Source: Myxococcales bacterium
GTDB lineage: Bacteria > Myxococcota_A > UBA9042
DNA: 64,000 nt
NCBI GenBank assembly: GCA_009692465.1
Contig: SHZD01000001.1
Location: 18,218-82,217, forward strand
Direction: 5' to 3'
In this document: positions 1 to 8,529 of the stretch, one piece after another
Layout: each line of letters opens with the position of its first letter
Numbering within the stretch: the first letter of the stretch is position 1
Program-made: the position numbers and the translations under genes
The notes under the pieces: model-generated
Seen by the model: the letters and a program-made list of their open reading frames with translations, nothing else
Database searches by the model: none
Told to the model about the DNA's origin: nothing

Positions 1-16
1 CTCAGTCGCCCGGCAG

Positions 17-1993
17 TTGCTAACCGCTGTGTTTATTGCCGTGGTGGCCCTTGGTCAGGTGGCCTGCACTAAAAAGGACCCGGCGACGCAAGTGGCTGCG
101 TTGCCCGGAATCGATACGCCTTACCGTGGCACGGACGCGCCCAAGACAGAAATTTTGGTTTTCATTGATTTCGAGTGTCCGTATACCCGCGGTGCTGCGA
201 CCAGCTTGATCGCGCTGGCCGACAAGCATAAAGCCGACGTCAAGTGGAGATTTATGCAGTTGCCGTTGGATGTCCATCCCAACGCGGTGGCTGCTGCCCG
301 CGGTGCGGTTGCGGCCCACAAGCACCGAGCGTTTTTCAAGTTCTTTGAAGTCATGATGGCCGCCAAGTCGGTGTCGCGTGAAGCGATCATTGCGTGGGCA
401 GTTGAGGCCGGTCTCGATGGCAAGAAATTCGTGGCTGACATGGACAGCGCAGAGACATGGCAGACGATCGTGCGAGACGCGGGGATCGCCAAGGCGCTAG
501 GGGTTTCGGGCACGCCTTCGTTTGTGGTCAATGGGGCACTGTATCAAGGCGCGCAGCCTGAGATGTTTTGGCATCGCAAGATCGCGGAAGAGGTGACAAA
601 GGCCGCGGGACTGACAGCTGCAGGCATTCCGCAAGCGGGCTTGCTGCGGGCGATGGTCGTCGCCGCCAACCCCCAAGGTGCACCTCAGTACATAAGCCTA
701 GTACAGGAGGGCAAGGCGCCAGCTAAGGCCGACGTTCCCACCAAAGTGACCCGCGCCTCTGGAATCGAGTCGGCGCAAGTTCATGCTGCCCCGGCAGGCA
801 GCGCCGCCGTTCAAATCGGCGAGCCGGCGGCCTTACCAAGTGAGGACACGACCACAGTATGGCGAGCGATTGTGCGCGCCGATGATCCGCGGCTCGGCCC
901 AGAAACGGCGCTGGCCACGGTTGTGGTATTCGAGGACATGCAGTGCCCCTACTGTGCCAAGTTGCGGCCGACGCTGCGCAAGCTCGTTGACGCTTATCAA
1001 GGCAAAATGCGCTTTGTGTTCAAGCACAATCCGCTGCCGACCCACGAACTGGCGCTCGGAGCGGCTGAGGCGCTTGAAGCTGCCCGCAACCAGAACAAGT
1101 TCTGGGAAATGCACGATTATCTACTGCAACACCAAGGTCAGCTCCAACCGGCTGGCTTGGCGGATGCGGCGACCACTGTCGGTCTAGACAAGGGTCAATT
1201 TGAGACGGCGCTGGCTGCTCATGGCGCTAAAGCGCGAATTGACGCCGATATTGAGCAAGCGACGGCCTTGGGCGCTCGCGGCACCCCCAATCTCTTCATC
1301 AACGGCAAGAAAGTCGTCGGGGCCAAAGATGAAGCGTTTCTCCGCCCGCTGATCGACGCAGCCATTGCCGTCGGCCAGGAATTGGTCAAGGGCGGGGCTG
1401 CGCCAGAAAAGGTCTATGAGCTTGTGACCGCCAAGGGCAAACTGCTGGATTCTTTGAGTCCAGAAGCCAAGGACATCCCGCTGCCGACGTTGTCGGTGAC
1501 TCGTGGTCCGGTGGGTGCGGCGATCCATATTGTGACTTTTCAGGACTTTCAGTGCCCGTTCTCCGCGCGTTTGGATCCGCACATTGCGGTTATCGAACAG
1601 GAATTTCCTGGTCGGGTCAAAGTGACTTGGATCGATTTCGCCAACGAAAAAATCCACCCGCTGGCGACCAAGTTTGCCCAGGCGGGTCAGGAGGCCATGA
1701 TTCAAGGCAAGTTCTGGCAGTTCCACAAGGCAGTTATGGCCAACAACGACAAGTTGACTGATGCCGTGCTGCTCGAACGCGCCAAGCAAGCCGGCTTGGA
1801 CCTCAAGAAGCTCGACAAAGTGCTGGCGACGAACAGTCACGCGGCCACGGTGACCGCGAGCAAGGTACTGGGCGAGTCACTGGGGGTGTTGGGCACGCCG
1901 ACCGTGTTCATCAATGGTCACCTGTTCAAGCCCCAAAGCTTCTCCGCTGACACGTTTCGTGTTGCCGTGCGGCGGTTACTACCGTCGCCGTAG
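17..1993 (+). CDS. Exported protein (possible lipoprotein) with three tandem DsbA-like thioredoxin-fold modules
   Basis: 658-aa ORF with a hydrophobic N-terminus ending ALGQVAC. Three modules of about 170 aa each show the DsbA/Thioredoxin_4 layout (F-x-D/E-x-x-C-P-x-x ... KFW ... G-x-x-GTP-x-x-x-ING). Active-site tetrads are CPYT, CPYC and CPFS. There is no in-frame stop between nt 2 and 17, so the true start may lie upstream of the window. Confidence 0.8.
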   Translation: MLTAVFIAVVALGQVACTKKDPATQVAALPGIDTPYRGTDAPKTEILVFIDFECPYTRGAATSLIALADKHKADVKWRFMQLPLDVHPNAVAAARGAVAAHKHRAFFKFFEVMMAAKSVSREAIIAWAVEAGLDGKKFVADMDSAETWQTIVRDAGIAKALGVSGTPSFVVNGALYQGAQPEMFWHRKIAEEVTKAAGLTAAGIPQAGLLRAMVVAANPQGAPQYISLVQEGKAPAKADVPTKVTRASGIESAQVHAAPAGSAAVQIGEPAALPSEDTTTVWRAIVRADDPRLGPETALATVVVFEDMQCPYCAKLRPTLRKLVDAYQGKMRFVFKHNPLPTHELALGAAEALEAARNQNKFWEMHDYLLQHQGQLQPAGLADAATTVGLDKGQFETALAAHGAKARIDADIEQATALGARGTPNLFINGKKVVGAKDEAFLRPLIDAAIAVGQELVKGGAAPEKVYELVTAKGKLLDSLSPEAKDIPLPTLSVTRGPVGAAIHIVTFQDFQCPFSARLDPHIAVIEQEFPGRVKVTWIDFANEKIHPLATKFAQAGQEAMIQGKFWQFHKAVMANNDKLTDAVLLERAKQAGLDLKKLDKVLATNSHAATVTASKVLGESLGVLGTPTVFINGHLFKPQSFSADTFRVAVRRLLPSP

Positions 1994-1998
1994 CTGTA

Positions 1999-3966
1999 AT
2001 GTGCAGAGAAACGTCTGACGCCACTAGAGTTGGCCGGCGCAACCTGTTCCGACTACTGCCCGCCTTGCCATGGCCACTGGTGCGGTGGGCGGGTGGTGCA
2101 GCTTGTGTAATCGGCTTGGCAGCGTTGCCTGTTGCAGCGGCGCCGGCCATCGACAGGCAGCCTCCAGCGGCCCAATGTGCTCGATCACAGGTCACAATTC
2201 GCCTTTTCCTTGACTTGCAATGCCAACATTGCCGCAAGGCGTGGCCCCTTTACGTTCAAGTAGCTGGCGAGACGCCGTGTGCAACTCTGGTAGTACACCA
2301 TTTGCCCGTGAGCACCCACGCTCATGCCGCTTGGGCGGCCCAAACGGCCGTGGCTGCGCGCAGCACTGGCAAAGAATTGGCGTTTATTGATGCGTTGTAT
2401 GCTTATAACGGCAGCGATCGAACCCATGTCGAGCGGGCCCTAGTTGCTGCTGGTGCCGATGTCGGCGCGACTACTGCCATGGCCGCATCGAGCAAGAGCG
2501 CCGTAGACAGTGAAAAGCAAAGTGCTTTGGCCTTTGGTGTGAGGGCGACTCCCTCTGCGCTGATCAACGGCTCCGGGCTAGCTGGCGTGCCGACCGCCGA
2601 CGGCTTGCGACGGGCGGTGGCGCGTGCACTGAACGGCAGCGCGAGTCTTTTGGCCCAAGCCGCTGCGGTGGACGTTGAGCGCACTCAGGTTTTGCTCCAG
2701 ACCCCAGAGTACCTGCCGGCATTTGAGTCCATGCGCAATGCAAGGGCCTTGACCGCCGCGTCTGAAGGGCCAGTCCGAGGGGCGCTTGGCGGTCGCTATC
2801 GGGTCACTTTGCGGGACCGCGAATTTGTAGTTGGCAAGGCAAATGCCGCGATTACTGTGGTTGCATTCGTCGATCCGACTTTGGCTTGGACCGTTCAGGA
2901 CGCCAGCGCCTTGCTGTCGATACAAGCAGTCCATTCGGACATGCGCGTGGCTCTGGTATGGCGCCCTACTGGCAGTTCTGCGCTAGTTTCTGTGCAGTTG
3001 GCCTCGATGCTTGCTGCGGCAGCTGTAGTGGCGCCGTCAGCCGTTCCCGCGATTCTGGGCGCTTGGACTAAAGGCAATGCCCCTACAACAGCAGAACTGG
3101 GAACTCACATCGCTCGCGTCCATTCGCAACAGGCGGCAGCAATCGCGACTCGCAGTGTTAGCGGCGACATTGCTGCGGTGGTCAACGCGGCGTTTGAACT
3201 CAGTCGGCGCGTGGATGCCAATGCCGGGGCAGTGTTCGTCAATGGTCGCCGCTGGTTTGGCCGCGTTTCGGATGCGGGATTTAGCGCCACATTCGCCGGT
3301 GCCGCTGCAGAATTTCGCGACCAAGTCGCAACCGGGACCGCGGCAACTGGTACCTACGCCGCCTTGATCGCCAACGGTTCGTGGCGCAGCGATGCGGACC
3401 TCGATCTGGGACCGGCCTCTGAGCTCAACGGTGTGGCCAGCCTGCCGTCTGTGGGCGTTCGGGGTCCCCAGGTCGTGTTGCTTGTCGATTTCAGCAGCTC
3501 AGCGTCCCGGGCTGCGTGGTTCATGTTGCGGCGGTTGGTCGTCCCGGGCGGCAGTGCGATTCGTCTGCATGTGGCCAGCTTATCCCGTGGAAAAGCGCCA
3601 CTAGCTCACGATGCGGCCTTTTTAGCGGCTGCGTTTGCCGGCAAGGCCGAAGCGGCCGCTGAGACGTTGTTTGCTGCGACTAAGCCCAGCGATCATGCGA
3701 TGTTGACCAAGGTTGCCGCCCAAGCCGGTCTAGATCGCGCCGGCTGGGATCAGGCTTTGCGCGATCCGCGGATTGGTGCCGCCCAGCGTGCAGTCAAGCA
3801 ATTGGATCGCGACAATATTTTGGGTGACGAGCCAGTTATCATCATAGATGGCCGAGTCTATTGCGGTCCGCTGGACGAATCGCGATTGCTGCGAGCTCTT
3901 TTCGCGCCCGTTCGGTCGGGCTCAGCAGCTGACGCTGACCAATTCGCTGCAGGGGTGCGACCTTGA
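1999..3966 (+). CDS. Exported multi-module DsbA-like protein with degenerate active sites
   Basis: The ATG lies 6 nt after the upstream stop. Module 1 has LDLQCQHCRKAW plus ATPSALING. Two further modules keep the same layout but have no Cys at the CxxC position (VAFVDPTLAW, LLVDFSSSAS). The N-terminus has GRRNLFRLL followed by a hydrophobic stretch ending AAAPA. Confidence 0.65.
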   Translation: MCRETSDATRVGRRNLFRLLPALPWPLVRWAGGAACVIGLAALPVAAAPAIDRQPPAAQCARSQVTIRLFLDLQCQHCRKAWPLYVQVAGETPCATLVVHHLPVSTHAHAAWAAQTAVAARSTGKELAFIDALYAYNGSDRTHVERALVAAGADVGATTAMAASSKSAVDSEKQSALAFGVRATPSALINGSGLAGVPTADGLRRAVARALNGSASLLAQAAAVDVERTQVLLQTPEYLPAFESMRNARALTAASEGPVRGALGGRYRVTLRDREFVVGKANAAITVVAFVDPTLAWTVQDASALLSIQAVHSDMRVALVWRPTGSSALVSVQLASMLAAAAVVAPSAVPAILGAWTKGNAPTTAELGTHIARVHSQQAAAIATRSVSGDIAAVVNAAFELSRRVDANAGAVFVNGRRWFGRVSDAGFSATFAGAAAEFRDQVATGTAATGTYAALIANGSWRSDADLDLGPASELNGVASLPSVGVRGPQVVLLVDFSSSASRAAWFMLRRLVVPGGSAIRLHVASLSRGKAPLAHDAAFLAAAFAGKAEAAAETLFAATKPSDHAMLTKVAAQAGLDRAGWDQALRDPRIGAAQRAVKQLDRDNILGDEPVIIIDGRVYCGPLDESRLLRALFAPVRSGSAADADQFAAGVRP

Positions 3967-4403
3967 GCCTTGTTTTTGTTGAAACTTTGCGCGGCAGCTA
4001 CTTTTTGATCGAGAAGCCCGATGATCGCCGCATTTGCGAGGTCGCTATCCATATCAAGGTCAATCGCATTGATGCAAAAAGAGGTGAATTCAAAGCGGAA
4101 ATGGGTGGGCATGCCACATTTGACAAGCTCGCGACGCGAGCCCCAATTGCGGGTCAAACGCAGCTTATGTTTGGGCGGCCCCGCCAAGTTGCTTATTCTT
4201 TTGAACTCACTGCAGATGATGGTCGATTGCTGCAGTTCTCCGGCGCCAAGCATCCCAGCCTGTTGCGACCGATTTACTCCGCGACGACGCTTTTTGGCAC
4301 GCTCAGCCACCTCGGCTTGCCGATGGCGATGGTGCGTCTGCAGTTTGACTTGCGCCGCGACTTGGTCGCATTTCTGCAAAGTGTCGCCCGCGATCATCAG
4401 TAG
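3963..4403 (+). CDS. Hypothetical protein (146 aa)
   Basis: The TTG start overlaps the upstream TGA (TTGA), suggesting translational coupling. I recognised no family motif. Confidence 0.45.
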   Translation: MSLVFVETLRGSYFLIEKPDDRRICEVAIHIKVNRIDAKRGEFKAEMGGHATFDKLATRAPIAGQTQLMFGRPRQVAYSFELTADDGRLLQFSGAKHPSLLRPIYSATTLFGTLSHLGLPMAMVRLQFDLRRDLVAFLQSVARDHQ

Positions 4404-4412
4404 TCACGCAGT

Positions 4413-4760
4413 AGAGGCCTGTGCAAAATCAAGTCGATTTTGCTCCTCGGCCCTTTGCTTGCTTAGCGGGTCGCTAACTCGCGGCTTTGCAAGCCGCCTG
4501 TCCGCTCCGTTTTGTTTGGGAATTCTTTGAGGTTCGGCGTTAATTGGTCGGGTCTCTAGGAGCGTGTCGGCGTATTCCGACTCGCTCCTAGCGCCGTCTG
4601 GCTAGACGGGGGCAACTGTCCGAAACTGCACGGATTCACTCCGGGCAGTTTCGGACTGTTGAGAATAGTTGACTGGCTAGGAGCCTGTTGGATCGTAATA
4701 GATTCATTGTGTATAACCTGATAGACAATTACAACCGATTGAATTCCGACAGGCTCCTAG
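4413..4760. mobile_element. Mosaic of CTAG-bounded miniature inverted-repeat elements (non-autonomous)
   Basis: CTAG occurs at 4556-4559, 4588-4591, 4602-4605, 4677-4680 and 4757-4760. The segments between them have their own terminal or internal inverted repeats. The segments are a 28-bp GAGCGTGTCGG..CCGACTCGCTC unit, a 71-bp unit with a 16/17 inverted repeat (CAACTGTCCGAAACTGC), and a 76-bp unit with GAGCCTGTTGGA..TCCGACAGGCTC ends. The leftmost roughly 144 bp is a reverse-oriented copy of the 131-bp unit at 38686-38816. The same units recur at 38499-38955 and, decayed, at 16925-17072. Confidence 0.75.
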
Positions 4761-4852
4761 GTGGGCGGCACCGGTGACGTGGCGCGGATAGACCGCATCT
4801 GCGGCATCGGGCACCATCGAGCACCAGCGGGCCGACGCCCGAACGAGAGACG

Positions 4853-6094
4853 ATGACCCATTTTATGCCTTCGGTGCGCGGACGCGACGCACAGGCCTCG
4901 CCGATTCGGCGCCTGACTCCGTTTGCCGATGCAGCGAAACAGCGTGGCATCGAGGTGCTGCACCTGAACATCGGGCAACCGGATATTCCGACGCCGGCCC
5001 AGGTAATTGCCGCTTATCAACAGTTCTCTGGCCCGGTGTTGGCGTATGGGCCGTCTGAAGGGACTTTGGCCTACAGGACCGCTCTGGCAGAGTATTACAA
5101 TGGTCTGGGAGCCGCTGGCGGCGGTCGCGCCATTGAACCAACTGATATTATTGTCACTACTGGAGGTTCCGAAGCGCTGCTGTTTGCGATTGCGGCAACC
5201 TGCGACCCGGGCGATGAAGTGCTGGTTGCTGAGCCTTACTATCCAAATTATAAAGGGTTTGCCCACCTTTTGGCGGTGCAAACGCGAGCGTTCACCACCA
5301 GCGCTGCCGACGGTTATCAAATTACCGCGGCCCAAGTCGCTGCGGCGATCGGCCCACGGACCAAGGTACTGGTGTTGTCGACCCCTGGCAATCCGACTGG
5401 CGCAGTGCTGTCGAGCCGAGAACTATCTGCAATTGCACAAGAATGTCGCGAGAGCGGCGTCTATTTCGTCAGCGACGAGGTCTACCGCGACTTCGTGTAC
5501 GACCCCGCTATCTGCGAAGGCGAACGGACTGCGCCGGGGATACTCGCTCAGCCTGGCTTTGAGGATTGCGCCATTATGGTCGACTCGGTGTCCAAGCGGT
5601 ATTCCGCATGTGGAGCGCGCATCGGCTGCTTGGTAACGCGCAACCGCGAGGTCCGCGCCGCCGTCCTCAAGTTTGCGCAGACGCGACTGTCACCGCCGGT
5701 GGTTGATCAACTTGCCGCCCACGCCGCTTTGTCGACACCCGCCGCTGAACTTAAGACGGCGATTGACGACTACCGCGAGCGTCGCGACGCCCTCGTGGCA
5801 GGGTTGTCGGCGATTGAAGGTGTTCAAGTGCGTTCGCCGCAAGGCGCGTTTTACCTGTTCGCGACCCTACCCGTGACCGATGCGGAGAAGTTCTGCATCT
5901 ATCTGCTCAGCGAATTCAACTTGGGCGGCGAAACCGTGATGTTGGCGCCTGCCGATGGCTTCTACTCGACTTCAGGGCTAGGGCGGCAGGAAGTGCGCAT
6001 CGCTTATGTGTTGCAGGTCAGTAAGTTGCAGCGCGCGTGCACAATCTTGGACCGCGCTTTGCACGCCTACGCAGGTGTTCAAGCGTCGAGTTAG
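4853..6094 (+). CDS. PLP-dependent aminotransferase, class I/II (aspartate/alanine aminotransferase-like)
   Basis: 413 aa with LNIGQPD, GxxEAL, STPGNPTG and SVSKRYSACGARIG (PLP-lysine context). Confidence 0.9.
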   Translation: MTHFMPSVRGRDAQASPIRRLTPFADAAKQRGIEVLHLNIGQPDIPTPAQVIAAYQQFSGPVLAYGPSEGTLAYRTALAEYYNGLGAAGGGRAIEPTDIIVTTGGSEALLFAIAATCDPGDEVLVAEPYYPNYKGFAHLLAVQTRAFTTSAADGYQITAAQVAAAIGPRTKVLVLSTPGNPTGAVLSSRELSAIAQECRESGVYFVSDEVYRDFVYDPAICEGERTAPGILAQPGFEDCAIMVDSVSKRYSACGARIGCLVTRNREVRAAVLKFAQTRLSPPVVDQLAAHAALSTPAAELKTAIDDYRERRDALVAGLSAIEGVQVRSPQGAFYLFATLPVTDAEKFCIYLLSEFNLGGETVMLAPADGFYSTSGLGRQEVRIAYVLQVSKLQRACTILDRALHAYAGVQASS

Positions 6095-6273
6095 GAACTG
6101 TCCCAGAATAAGTCATTCTGAGACTGGTGCCCTTAGGAACTGTGACAATTTAAGTCGATCGATTTGATTTTTGCCGGAGCGGCGAGTCGACTTGCAAAGT
6201 CGCGAGCTTGCGACCCACCTAGCAAGCAAATGGAACCCTGTGACAGAACAACTTGTTCTGTCACAGTTCCTTA
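6091..6273. mobile_element. Tandem TTA-flanked inverted-repeat elements: 39-bp palindromic unit plus 135-bp unit
   Basis: The layout is TTA(6091-6093), a 39-bp unit (6094-6132), TTA(6133-6135), a 135-bp unit (6136-6270) and TTA(6271-6273). Termini are GGAACTGTGAC..GTCACAGTTCC. A 13-bp-stem internal hairpin, CTGTGACAGAACAA/CTTGTTCTGTCACAG, sits at the right end. The 135-bp unit matches 52840-52974 in reverse orientation at 134 of 135 positions by my reading. Confidence 0.8.
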
Positions 6274-7017
6274 ACCGCCCGCTTGCGCTTTCTTGCGTTG
6301 CCCCCAATACCATTTGGCGACGAAGACAGCGGTCACCAACACAATAATCGCGACTAGGCCATTTTCGAACTTGCGTGCGTAGGCGATAACTGCGGCAATT
6401 TGGTCACCAAAATACCAACTGGAAAGGACCAGCGCCGGCACCGACAAGATCGCCGCTAGGCCGTCATACTTCAAAAATGTCCAATAGTTAACGCCCAACG
6501 TTCCGGAAGTGAAAAAAACCACTGAGCGCAGTCCCGGCATGAAACGGGCCGAAAACAGCACCGGCGCGCCGCGAATTTTGAGAAATTCCTCTGCCTTTTC
6601 CTTGCGGCCGTGACCCAGAATGGTGCGAAACGGCCATACACCGACTAGGCGAGCGCCGAAGCGCCGACCCAGCGTGAACATGGTCAGGTCGCCGATCAGA
6701 ACGCCGGCCATGCCGACCGCTGTTGCGACCAATGCGAGGGTCAGTGGATCGCCGGCGCTGCCGTCAGCCGGAACCAGCAAATAGGTTAGATATCCACAGG
6801 TTACTAGGGTAACGTCTTCGGGAATTGGCAGGCCAAAGCCACACAGCAAGAGCACGCCAAAACACATTGACCAAACGGTGACAAGGTTCAGGGTGCGCAG
6901 CCACGCGACTACCTCGTCGAAGGAAGGGACGATGGCACCTAGGTCCACCGGCAACCACCCTCCCAGCACGGCAATGGGTTGGGCCAAATCAATCGGGCTA
7001 TGCAGCAATTCCAGCAT
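6271..7017 (-). CDS. DedA/VTT-domain family inner-membrane protein
   Basis: 248 aa, multi-TM, with FGLPIPEDVTLVTCGYL and the FxPGLR-type motif (RFMPGLRSVVFFTSG). Confidence 0.85.
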   Translation of the reverse strand: MLELLHSPIDLAQPIAVLGGWLPVDLGAIVPSFDEVVAWLRTLNLVTVWSMCFGVLLLCGFGLPIPEDVTLVTCGYLTYLLVPADGSAGDPLTLALVATAVGMAGVLIGDLTMFTLGRRFGARLVGVWPFRTILGHGRKEKAEEFLKIRGAPVLFSARFMPGLRSVVFFTSGTLGVNYWTFLKYDGLAAILSVPALVLSSWYFGDQIAAVIAYARKFENGLVAIIVLVTAVFVAKWYWGQRKKAQAGG

Positions 7018-7026
7018 GGTGTGGAC

Positions 7027-7773
7027 CTATGAAGGCTTGCGGGCCTTGGCGCGCCTGCGAATTTTCGCCGCCGCGGCCCGCGCCCAATTGCGAATAAAGA
7101 GAGGGTGGGACAGATTGAAGATTCCGCCAACTTTAGACAGAAAATCAGCATCTTGCAACGTCCCGGTGTCGCCCATCACATCGATTGCCGCTTCAAGCAA
7201 GTGCGGGGCAGGGTAGTCCGCAAGCGCCCTCAGTTTGTCCAAAAACTCCGCCGGATCGCGATGGCGCAAGGCGTCAGCACTGGCGTTGCGCACGTAGCTG
7301 TCGGGATCCAAAAGGCCTTCAAGCAGAGTTTCAGCGACTTGTGGGCCAGGAAAAGGCGCCAACGCCCGGCAAGCACGCATGCGCACAGTCCAGTGGCCAC
7401 CGGCCGCAGACGCCATCAGCAAGTCGCGCGCCTCGCCATTGTGCGGCCAACCCTCCAAACCGCCGATGGCCGTCGAGCGCACGCGATCATTGGCGTCTTG
7501 CGCCAGTTGCAAGAGCTGGACCAGCGCCAAATCTCCCAAGAACGCGCCTAGGGCGTCGGCTGCCAGTTCTCGCAGCATCATGTCTTCGCTGTTGGCCAAT
7601 TCCAGCAAGCGCGGCTCCAAGTCCTCAAGCTGGCGGCGCCGCTCCGTAAAATCGGCAGGCCGCTGATTGCCAACGGAATCGGCGCCCAAATAGCGCACCA
7701 GACGCCGAAGGCCGTTTGCGACGATATCAACGTCGGTCAGACCGAGGTCGCGACGTATCAAAGATTGGGACAT
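7027..7773 (-). CDS. HEAT-repeat protein
   Basis: Repeated D-x-x-x-x-VR-x-x-A-x-x-AL units (DANDRVRSTAIGGL, HWTVRMRACRALA, DPDSYVRNASADAL). I set the start at the ATG at 7773 (MSQSLIRRD). The longer ORF to 7980 would overlap the divergent thioesterase gene. Confidence 0.7.
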   Translation of the reverse strand: MSQSLIRRDLGLTDVDIVANGLRRLVRYLGADSVGNQRPADFTERRRQLEDLEPRLLELANSEDMMLRELAADALGAFLGDLALVQLLQLAQDANDRVRSTAIGGLEGWPHNGEARDLLMASAAGGHWTVRMRACRALAPFPGPQVAETLLEGLLDPDSYVRNASADALRHRDPAEFLDKLRALADYPAPHLLEAAIDVMGDTGTLQDADFLSKVGGIFNLSHPLFIRNWARAAAAKIRRRAKARKPS

Positions 7774-7933
7774 GCTCACTCTGGCGGCCCACTTGACCGC
7801 TGGGCGCCGCGAATCCGGCGCAGGTGGGGCGAATACAACCAAACGGGTCGGTTGTCCAGCACGGCAGGCCAAACTATGCTCGCGATCTTGCTTGCAGCCA
7901 TCAAGATGTGAAGTGGCGGAGAGTACACAATAA

Positions 7934-8425
7934 ATGCCAGACAACGCTGCCCGCCACCCCAATTTGTCGCACACGGTCATGACCGAGTTGGTGCTGCCTC
8001 AACACACCAACGCCTACGGCACCTGCTTTGGGGGCACGATCTTGTCATGGGTCGATATCGCCGCCGGAGTTTGCGCGGGTCGCCACGCGGGCACGACTGC
8101 GGTAACCGTGGCCTTCGACGATGTGCACTTTATTTTGCCGATTCGCCTGGGCGACATCGTCAACATTAGCGCGCGGGTCTGCCATGTGGGCCGAACTTCG
8201 ATGGAAATCCGGGTCGACGTCTGGCGCGAGCGCTACGGCGGGCCACGCGAGCACGCCAATACCGCCTACGTCGTGTTTGTGGCGGTCGACAGTGATGGCA
8301 AACCGGTGGCAGTTCCGCCCTTGATCATCGACAACGACGTCGACCGCGGCAGCTTTGCTGAGTCGAGCGAGCGGCGGGTGGTACGGATGACCAAGGCGCA
8401 GCGCGTCGGCAAGACCGAGGCCTGA
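7934..8425 (+). CDS. Acyl-CoA thioesterase (hotdog fold, YciA-like)
   Basis: LVLPQHTNAYGTCFGGTILSWVDIAAGVCA and VTVAFDDVHFILPIRLGD motifs. Confidence 0.85.
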   Translation: MPDNAARHPNLSHTVMTELVLPQHTNAYGTCFGGTILSWVDIAAGVCAGRHAGTTAVTVAFDDVHFILPIRLGDIVNISARVCHVGRTSMEIRVDVWRERYGGPREHANTAYVVFVAVDSDGKPVAVPPLIIDNDVDRGSFAESSERRVVRMTKAQRVGKTEA

Positions 8426-8529
8426 ACTCGCAGCGGAACGGCGCCTTGCCCCAAGCCAAGAACCGCAGTCGCAGCTCACCGCCCTCACGATCTGCCCGCG
8501 GACGCCAGCAAATGCTGAGGAACGAACGG

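Noticed and set aside
2008-2160. Twin-arginine (Tat) signal on the second DsbA-like protein.
   Set aside because: RRNLF is present, but the spacing to the hydrophobic core (about 15 residues) is longer than typical. I kept it only as a tentative remark and did not annotate it as a feature.
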